A DNA stretch of 64,000 bases from a bacterium (GTDB lineage Bacteria; UBA8248), in assembly GCA_965219955.1 (NCBI GenBank), contig OZ244799.1, positions 2,016,001 to 2,080,000 on the forward strand. Reading direction: 5' to 3'. How positions within the stretch are numbered: position 1 is the first letter of the stretch; each line of letters opens with the position of its first letter. Below, in pieces: positions 57,297-64,000 of the stretch. The notes beneath the pieces are model-generated. The model was given only the letters and a program-made list of their open reading frames with translations. It had not been told where the DNA came from and did not search any database. The translations under genes and the position numbers were made by a program.

Positions 57297-58268
57297 ATGA
57301 GCCGCGTAGCGATTGTCCGTTGCGAAGACTATGAGCGGGAGCGCGTGAGCGACGCCGTCGCCGAGGCTCTGGAAGCCCTGGGCGGCGCGGCGCAATTCGC
57401 CTCTGAAACCGACGAGATACTGCTCAAACCCAACATCCTTAAAGGCGCACCGCCTGAGAGCGCGCTCACGACCCACCCCGAAATACTCCGGGCGGTGGCG
57501 GAGCAACTCCAGAATTCGGCTACGCCGCCCGGAACGCTTTCCATGGGCGACAGCCCCGCCTGGGGGAGTCTCGCCTCTTGCGCCGAGCAAGCCGGCCTGT
57601 CGAGCGTATGCGAGGAACTCGGGCTCCCCCTCGTCTCCTTCCGGAAAGGGGTGAAGGTTCCCAATCCCGAAGGCGTCGTTTATGCGCACCTCACCATGGC
57701 GAAAGAGGCGATGGACGCGGACGGGATCATCAACCTGCCGAAGCTCAAGACCCATTGCCAGCTCTACATGACGGGCGCGGTCAAGAACCTCTTCGGCTGC
57801 GTGGCGGGCAAAAGAAAGGCGTGGTGGCATTTCAAGGCCGGGACATTCGAGGATTATTTCCCGCTCATGCTCGTCGAAACGGCGCGATTGCTCAAGACGA
57901 GGCTCTCCGTTCTGGACGCCGTCTACGCGATGGAGGGCCAGGGGCCGGCCCAGGGGACTCCCCGGCAGGTGGGCCTCATCATCGCCAGCGCCGACCCGGT
58001 GGCGCTCGACCGCGTGGCTTGTGAGGTCACGGGACTCTCGCCCGGGAAACTGAGAACCCTGGAAGCCGCCCGCGTGACGGGCTTCGGCGAGACGGATTTG
58101 GACAAGATCGACGTGGTGGGACTGCCCATCGAGGAGGCTGGATTATCCAAGCCCCTCGTCGAGCCGAGGATGATACCGATTGGCTTCAGCATCCCGCGCG
58201 TCGTCAAGAGCACGCTGAAACAGCAGTGGCTCACGCGCGTGCGCGAACCCCTCCGGAAAGTGTCGTGA
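57297..58268 (+). CDS. DUF362 domain protein
   Basis: LLKPN, TTHP, GDSP, INLPKLKTH, GAVKNLFGC, MEGQGP and DPVALD motifs. Confidence 0.9.
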   Translation: MSRVAIVRCEDYERERVSDAVAEALEALGGAAQFASETDEILLKPNILKGAPPESALTTHPEILRAVAEQLQNSATPPGTLSMGDSPAWGSLASCAEQAGLSSVCEELGLPLVSFRKGVKVPNPEGVVYAHLTMAKEAMDADGIINLPKLKTHCQLYMTGAVKNLFGCVAGKRKAWWHFKAGTFEDYFPLMLVETARLLKTRLSVLDAVYAMEGQGPAQGTPRQVGLIIASADPVALDRVACEVTGLSPGKLRTLEAARVTGFGETDLDKIDVVGLPIEEAGLSKPLVEPRMIPIGFSIPRVVKSTLKQQWLTRVREPLRKVS

Positions 58269-58281
58269 ATCTCGGCAGGAT

Positions 58282-59055
58282 TTAGATATTCGAGCGGCTC
58301 TGCGAGCCGTCCACGTTCCAGCAGGCCCCGTGCACGAGGCTCGCCCTCGGGCTCACCATGAAGACGGCCACGGCGGAGAGTTCCTCGGGGCGGCCGAACC
58401 GGCCCAGCGGCATCTCCGCGTCGACGAAGCCCTTCAGGCCGTCGGGCGCCTCGTTCACCCGCCGCTCCCAGACCCCGCCGGGGAAAATGATGCTGCCCGG
58501 CGCAATCGAGTTCACGCGAATGTTGTCTTGCGCCGTCTGCTGGGCGAGCCCCTTGGAGAAGCTGATGAGCGCCGCCTTGGAGGCGTTGTAGGTCATCGCG
58601 CCCCTCGACTCGCGTCCGTAGATGGAGGCGACGTTTAGAATAGAGCCGCCGCCCCTTTTTTTCATCTCCGGTATCACGAGGCGCGAGAGCGTCACCGCGT
58701 GATAGAGGTTGAAGCCGAACCCTTCGCGCCATTCCTCGTCCGTGATGTCCAAAAACGCCTTGGGATTGCTGCCGCCCACGTTGTTCACGAGGATGTCGAC
58801 GCCGCCGAACGCATCGAGCGTCTGATTGAGAAAAGCATCGGGTACGCCATCCCGGGTCACGTCGCCCGCCAAACCCGCCGCGCGTCCGCAGCCCAGCGCG
58901 TTCAACTCATCGACGGCCTGGTTCAGGCGCTCCTCGCCCCGCGCGCTGATCGCCACGTGGCAGCCCTCGCCCACCAGGTCCTTCGCGATATGGAAGCCGA
59001 GCCCCCGGCTGCCGCCGGAGATCATCGCTACTTTGTCGGTGAGCATCAAATCCAT
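58282..59055 (-). CDS. SDR family oxidoreductase
   Basis: SGGSRGLG, LVNNVG, YNASK and VDG motifs; start re-set to ATG 59055. Confidence 0.92.
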   Translation of the reverse strand: MDLMLTDKVAMISGGSRGLGFHIAKDLVGEGCHVAISARGEERLNQAVDELNALGCGRAAGLAGDVTRDGVPDAFLNQTLDAFGGVDILVNNVGGSNPKAFLDITDEEWREGFGFNLYHAVTLSRLVIPEMKKRGGGSILNVASIYGRESRGAMTYNASKAALISFSKGLAQQTAQDNIRVNSIAPGSIIFPGGVWERRVNEAPDGLKGFVDAEMPLGRFGRPEELSAVAVFMVSPRASLVHGACWNVDGSQSRSNI

Positions 59056-59099
59056 CGTTTCCCTCCCCAAATTCGGAGAATGAGGGCCTCGCGACGCCC

Positions 59100-60284
59100 T
59101 TATGCGGGCTCGTCCAGCGTCTGGGCGGCGCGCAGCAGCGTCATCGAGTCCGTCCCGTCGCCGTGCAGGAAGGTGAGGAGGTCGCGCATCATCTTCTCCG
59201 TCGGCGTCTCCTTCATGATGCCGATGCCGCCGAGAATGTCCGTGGCGAAGGCTATCGTCTTGAGCGCCACCTGATCGCTGAACACCTTGCCGTACCGCGT
59301 GAAGCGCGTGTTGTAGCTCTCGTCGTTCTCCACGCCCCAGCAGATGCGCCACATGAACTGCTCGGCCACCTCGATGTTCATCAGCATCTCGGCGAGCATG
59401 TGCTGTATCGTCTGGTGCTCGATGATGGGCTTGCCGCCCTGGATGCGCTCTTTCGCGTGCTGGAGGCAGAAGTTGTAGATGCCGCGCGCGATGCCCGTGT
59501 TGCACGCCGGGAGCTCGGCGCTGCCCCGGAACACCGTGGCGAACGTCTGAAAGCCCTTGTCGACCTCGCCCAGGATGTCGTCCTTGTGGACGCGCACGTT
59601 GTCGTAGTAACTCTCGGCGTTGGGATACAGCCTGTAGCCGAGCTTGTCGTGCACGTTGCCGTAGGTGACGCCCTCCTGGTCGCCGTGCACGAGAAAGCAG
59701 GTGGTTCCCTGATGAAGCGGAACGTCGGGGTTCGTTCTCGCGAAGACCAGCAGAATCTTCGCCCAACTCGTGAGCGACGTGAAGCGTTTCGCCCCGTTGA
59801 GCACGAAATAATCACCGTCCCGGACGGCCGAGGTTTTGAGGCCCAGCGCGGGGTCGCTCTGCCGGTAGATGTTGTCCGAGCCATAATCCGGTTCGGTGAT
59901 CACGAACGAGCCGACGCAATCGTCGTCTTCCACGAACATCTTGCCCCACTTCTCGAGCACCGCCTCCGAACCGCATTTGAAGATCGCGTTCGACACCTTC
60001 CAGCACTGGCTCAGGCACTTGATGACGCCGATCTCGATTTGCGCCCCCGTCCAGAGGCAGAGGGCCTTGGTCGTCGTGTCGGCCCCGATGCCGCCATGCT
60101 CCTCGGGAACCGCCATGGTGCGGAGACCGACCTGCGACGCCTTGTTCAGGAGCTCGCCCGGGTAGCAATCCTTGGGGTCGGGCCGCCTGTCCATCTCCGC
60201 GGCGACGGGCGCGACCTCACGCTCCATGAAATCCCGGGTGAGATCGGCCAGCGCCAGTTGTTCATCGGTGAATGGGTATTGCAT
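59100..60284 (-). CDS. Acyl-CoA dehydrogenase family protein
   Basis: ITEPDYGSD, LNGAKRF, KLGYR, RIQGGKPI..HQ and LGGIG motifs. Confidence 0.9.
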   Translation of the reverse strand: MQYPFTDEQLALADLTRDFMEREVAPVAAEMDRRPDPKDCYPGELLNKASQVGLRTMAVPEEHGGIGADTTTKALCLWTGAQIEIGVIKCLSQCWKVSNAIFKCGSEAVLEKWGKMFVEDDDCVGSFVITEPDYGSDNIYRQSDPALGLKTSAVRDGDYFVLNGAKRFTSLTSWAKILLVFARTNPDVPLHQGTTCFLVHGDQEGVTYGNVHDKLGYRLYPNAESYYDNVRVHKDDILGEVDKGFQTFATVFRGSAELPACNTGIARGIYNFCLQHAKERIQGGKPIIEHQTIQHMLAEMLMNIEVAEQFMWRICWGVENDESYNTRFTRYGKVFSDQVALKTIAFATDILGGIGIMKETPTEKMMRDLLTFLHGDGTDSMTLLRAAQTLDEPA

Positions 60285-60397
60285 AACTCCTCCAGAGCCT
60301 TGAGAAGAATTCTCTTCGAAAGTGATTGTGTATCCCTTGGTTATCCTCCAGCGCCTGTTATGGTGTCAACTTCAAACCGGAATTGCGCTCACATCTC

Positions 60398-62080
60398 TCA
60401 GGCGCCCGCATGGCGCGCCGCCGCCTCGCGCAATTCACCGGATATGGGAACCTTCTCGTGCACCGGCGCTCCGTCAGACCCCAGCGACACGTGGATATTC
60501 GCCAGCCAGTTCTCATCGTCCCGCTCGGGGAAATCCGATCTCGCATGCGCCCCCCGGCTTTCGGCGCGCATGGACATCGCGCCCAGCATCGCCTCCGCCG
60601 TCAGGCACATGAGCCTCGCCTGCGCGTGGCGCGAGACGAGCGAAGCGGCGGGCGTCATCGCCTCTATCCTCTCTTTTTGAGCGGCGATTCTCTGGGCTCC
60701 ATCCTGCAACGCATCTGAAGCCCGCTCGATGCCGCCTGCGGAGAACATGACGTCTCGAATCCCTTTCTCGATTTTATCGAGCTGCGCTTCACCCGCCTCA
60801 TCAACACCCCGCGCGCCCCCTTCATTCTCTTCGGGCGGCCCGCCCTCTCCTTCCACATGAGCCGCGGCCCGGCCCGCCCGGTCGCCCATGACGGCGCACA
60901 CGGTGAGGCCCCCGCTCGCCAGGCGATTCGCCCCGTGCAGGCCGCCGCCGTTCTCACCGGCGGCGAAGAGGCCTTCCACGTCCGTCCGCCCGTACGCGTC
61001 GATGAGCGCGCCGCCCATGCACGAGTGCGCGGCGGGAGCGATTTCTATCGGTTCCTTTCGCACGTCGAGACCCGCCGCCTCGAAATCATCGAGGATCTCG
61101 CCCATCACGTCTCTCAGCCCGCCATAGGACACCTTGGTCAAATCGAGATACAGGCCGCCGTTTTCCGTTCCGCGTCCCTCGACGATCTCGCGGTGCATCG
61201 CGCGGGAGAGAACGTCGCGCTTGGCGTGTTCCATATCATCCGGCGCATAGCGGGCCATGAACCGTTCGTCCAGGCTGTTCCGCAACCGCACTTCAGGAAA
61301 GGAAAGCGCCATGCCGCCCGAGTTCCTGCCCCGGAGCTGCGGCGGATGGGCCATCGCCGTCGGCGTGAACTGCACGAACTCCATGTCCCGCAACCGCGCC
61401 CCGGCGTCGAGCGCCGCCCCGTAGCCGACGCCGGCGACGCCCGGCGCGTTCGTGGTGATGGGGAACATCCCCCCCAAGCCGCCCATCGCGAGAACCGTGG
61501 CGCGCGCATGCGCCCGAAGAAGGGCTCCACTCCCCTCTTCCTGAAAATCCGCGCCCACGACCCTGCCGCCGCCGTCGCGCAGCACCCCGATGAAGGACAA
61601 ATCCTCCAGCACCCGCGCGCCGCACTGCGCGAGCCGCGCGCCCAGCACCATCATCATCCGGGGGCCTCCGCCCGGCACGCGCGCTCCCCGGGGGTAGGTG
61701 TGGCCGGGGAGTTTCGTGGGCGTCATCCGCCCGTTTTTCTCTAAAAAGGGAACCACGTAATCACGCAGACGCTCTATCGCCGCGCCCGACTCGGCCGCGA
61801 CCGCCCGCACCAGCGCGGGGTCGGACATGAACCACCCGCTGCGGAAATTATCCGCCACCATGGTTTCCACGGAATCTTCCGGCAGGGAGAAACCCTCCAG
61901 AATCGTTGCGAAAACGCCGCCCGCGCGCGCGGAATTGCCCGTCAGGCCGGCCTCGCCCTTCATGGCGATGCAGACGTCCGCCCCCTCCTCTCGCGCGGCC
62001 AGAGCGGCCAGCGTTCCGGCCAGCCCTCCGCCGACGACCAGCACGTCCGTTCGTATCTCTTCCACGATTCCTCCGAACAT
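60398..62080 (-). CDS. FAD-dependent oxidoreductase, SdhA/FrdA/NadB flavoprotein family
   Basis: VVGGGLAG, DMEFVQF.PT, H.CMGG, GLFAAGE, HGANRL and ESRGAH.R.DFP motifs. Confidence 0.88.
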   Translation of the reverse strand: MFGGIVEEIRTDVLVVGGGLAGTLAALAAREEGADVCIAMKGEAGLTGNSARAGGVFATILEGFSLPEDSVETMVADNFRSGWFMSDPALVRAVAAESGAAIERLRDYVVPFLEKNGRMTPTKLPGHTYPRGARVPGGGPRMMMVLGARLAQCGARVLEDLSFIGVLRDGGGRVVGADFQEEGSGALLRAHARATVLAMGGLGGMFPITTNAPGVAGVGYGAALDAGARLRDMEFVQFTPTAMAHPPQLRGRNSGGMALSFPEVRLRNSLDERFMARYAPDDMEHAKRDVLSRAMHREIVEGRGTENGGLYLDLTKVSYGGLRDVMGEILDDFEAAGLDVRKEPIEIAPAAHSCMGGALIDAYGRTDVEGLFAAGENGGGLHGANRLASGGLTVCAVMGDRAGRAAAHVEGEGGPPEENEGGARGVDEAGEAQLDKIEKGIRDVMFSAGGIERASDALQDGAQRIAAQKERIEAMTPAASLVSRHAQARLMCLTAEAMLGAMSMRAESRGAHARSDFPERDDENWLANIHVSLGSDGAPVHEKVPISGELREAAARHAGA

Positions 62081-62769
62081 CAGGCAGCGGGATAAGGGAG
62101 CGGGTCGCGCTCCCCGATTTCCTCGAACCCCTTGCGCCTCAGGATGCAGGCGTCGCACGTACCGCAGGGCCGCCCGTCATCCAGCGGGTCGTAACAGGTG
62201 TGGGTGAGGGAAAAATCCACCCCCAGTTCCAGACCCTTGCGCGCGATGTCGGACTTCCGCATCGCGCTGAGCGGCGTATGAATCTCGAGCGGCGCGCCGC
62301 CCACGCCGGATTTCGTCGCCAGGCGCGCCATGTGCGCGTAGGCGTCTATGTATTCGGGGCGGCAGTCGGGATAACCCGAATAATCGAGCGCGTTCACCCC
62401 GATGAAGATGTCGTCAGCACCCTTCACCTCGGCCAGGGCAAGCGCATAGCTCAGGAAAATCGTGTTCCGCGCAGGAACGTAGGTTACCGGTATGCCTTCC
62501 CCGATGTCGTCGCGCTCCTTGGGCACTTCGATGTCGTCCGTGAGCGCGCTCCCGCCGATGGGGCGCATGTCGATGGACAAGACGGTGTGGCCGGACGCGC
62601 CGATTTGCTTCGCCACTTTCCGGGCGGCCTCCAGTTCGCAGCGATGCCTCTGCCCATAGTCGAAACTGAGCGCCTCGCAGGCGAATCCCTCCCCTTTCGC
62701 GATGGCCAGAACGACGGCGGAGTCCATGCCGCCGCTCAGGAGGACGACCGCCACTTTTTTCCCGTCCAT
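62080..62769 (-). CDS. queC: 7-cyano-7-deazaguanine synthase
   Basis: [30 protein letters not shown] and CY...CGTCDAC motifs. Confidence 0.96.
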   Translation of the reverse strand: MDGKKVAVVLLSGGMDSAVVLAIAKGEGFACEALSFDYGQRHRCELEAARKVAKQIGASGHTVLSIDMRPIGGSALTDDIEVPKERDDIGEGIPVTYVPARNTIFLSYALALAEVKGADDIFIGVNALDYSGYPDCRPEYIDAYAHMARLATKSGVGGAPLEIHTPLSAMRKSDIARKGLELGVDFSLTHTCYDPLDDGRPCGTCDACILRRKGFEEIGERDPLPYPAA

Positions 62770-63624
62770 GCGCTGATTCCCGTCAATGAGCCGAGCGGAT
62801 GAGCCGTTCTGCGAAAAACCGCATAATAGGGTATTCTAGCGGTTCGGCAAAGGCGAAAGGCGTATTTCTCATGTGCAGAAATGAAACTGACACGAAACAC
62901 CAAGTCCGGTATTTTCTCTATCTCTAAACCTCTAAATGTTGAGAAATCCATTGTGGGGTCCTTATTGGCCGAAGAATTCCTTTGACACCCGGTATTATCG
63001 CCATATAAATTTAGTTAAGAAATCTTGAGGCAGGAAAAAGGGAGTTGCATAAACAAATTTTTATCTTGGAAAATTTATCTGCCAAAGGAAATTCATCATG
63101 TCTGTTTTGTCTATTTTGTTACTTGTGGCATTCGTAATCATGATTTTCTCAGCACTACACAAAATTGACCGTAAGAATTTCGAAGTGGCCGAATGCAAGG
63201 TGTCGGATAGTGCTCAAGAAGCCAATTGTTCCGCATTTCAAGGTAATCACCCTCAAAAATCTGAGCCAAATGAGTCCGAGAAAGCCGAAAAGAAAAAAAA
63301 GAAAGACTCGGACTTCAGTTACTATCATGCCATGCACGACACGAGTTCGAGCGCGCACCATGATTATGGCTCAAGCACCGTAGATTTGATCAATAGTTCC
63401 GACTGGTAGTGCCGTACATTCACGCCGCAAACTGGTATGCTCTGATCAAGTAGTCTTGATGAAGATGCGCCTCATTTAAGTGAGTAAATGCGCTAATTCA
63501 ACTCATCACTTTTTCCCGTCCATGCGCGAATTCCCGTCAATGAGCCGAGCGGATGAGCCGTTCTGCGAAAAACCGCATAATAGGGTATTCTAGCGGTTCG
63601 GCAAAGGCGAAAGGCGTATTTCTC
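62752..63624. repeat. ~118-bp direct repeat (62752-62870 and 63507-63624) flanking a 636-bp AT-rich insert
   Basis: Near-identical copies; differences are one T in a run and ctga versus cgaa. Confidence 0.92.
63098..63409 (+). CDS. Small hypothetical protein with N-terminal TM/signal segment
   Basis: AAAGGA RBS, TTGACA-16-TATAAA upstream (62982-63009), hydrophobic N-terminus, low-complexity tail. Confidence 0.65.
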   Translation: MSVLSILLLVAFVIMIFSALHKIDRKNFEVAECKVSDSAQEANCSAFQGNHPQKSEPNESEKAEKKKKKDSDFSYYHAMHDTSSSAHHDYGSSTVDLINSSDW

Positions 63625-63643
63625 TCAACCGGAGGAGCGGACA

Positions 63644-64000
63644 ATGCCGGTGGCGACGGTGAACGGCGTGAACCTCACATATACCGTGAATGGAGGCGGC
63701 GCGCCCCTGGTCGCGATGCACGGATTCGCCAACTCCATCTATACCTGGGAGCCGGTGATGGATGCGCTCGCCGGGCGCTTTCAGACTTTCGCGTACGATC
63801 ACCGCGGCCACGGGGGGTCGAGCAAGCGCCAGGGGCCCTTCGGGGTCGAGACTCTGGCCGGGGACCTGCTCGCGCTCTTGAACTTCTGGGGACTCGACAG
63901 GGTCCACCTCATGGGGCACAGCATGGGCGGACGGACCGCCCTGTTATTCGCCCTCGAGCACCCCGAGAGGGTCGACAGCCTGATGCTCGTCGCCTCATCC
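63644..64000 (+). CDS. Alpha/beta hydrolase (PcaD-like), runs off the window edge
   Basis: Manual translation from ATG 63644 after GGAGGAG: MHGF...YDHRGHGGS...GHSMGG. Not in the ORF track. Confidence 0.9.
   Translation, partial: MPVATVNGVNLTYTVNGGGAPLVAMHGFANSIYTWEPVMDALAGRFQTFAYDHRGHGGSSKRQGPFGVETLAGDLLALLNFWGLDRVHLMGHSMGGRTALLFALEHPERVDSLMLVASS

Noticed and set aside
62770-62870. preQ1 riboswitch upstream of queC
   Set aside because: No recognisable preQ1-I stem with A-rich tail; only an AACCGC...GCGGTT hairpin and a -10-like TAGAAT. An Rfam scan would settle it.

Overview
64 kb of a GC-rich bacterial chromosome, mostly metabolic and housekeeping genes. These include a leuC-like gene, amidohydrolase/Rieske, a TAXI-TRAP transporter, hydantoinase/oxoprolinase A+B, cobA-sulfite/nitrite reductase-cbiX, three tandem acetamidases, a sirtuin, ilvD, a cold-shock gene, hpnCDE, metX, priA, queC and tRNA-Val(CAC). 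Main results the ORF track misses: (1) three probable selenoprotein genes, each with an in-frame TGA at the catalytic Cys position followed by a SECIS-like hairpin: a CxxU DsbA/FrnE-like protein (18206-18865), a DUF442/Blh-type sulfurtransferase-phosphatase with an H-U-x4-R loop (35719-36183), and a UxxC DsbA-like protein (45249-45881). (2) At least five families of non-autonomous palindromic repeats nested inside one another, with 5-bp target duplications at two sites and one core found in both orientations. (3) Unusual fusions: NUDIX-HpnC-HpnD and MetX-NIL. (4) Two paralogous membrane-anchored coiled-coil proteins built from a variable number of His-x3-Met modules. (5) A one-gene AT-rich islet flanked by a ~118-bp duplication of the queC start and upstream region. 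No CRISPR array, rRNA, integrase or transposase was seen. All calls come from reading motifs by eye; no database searches were run.
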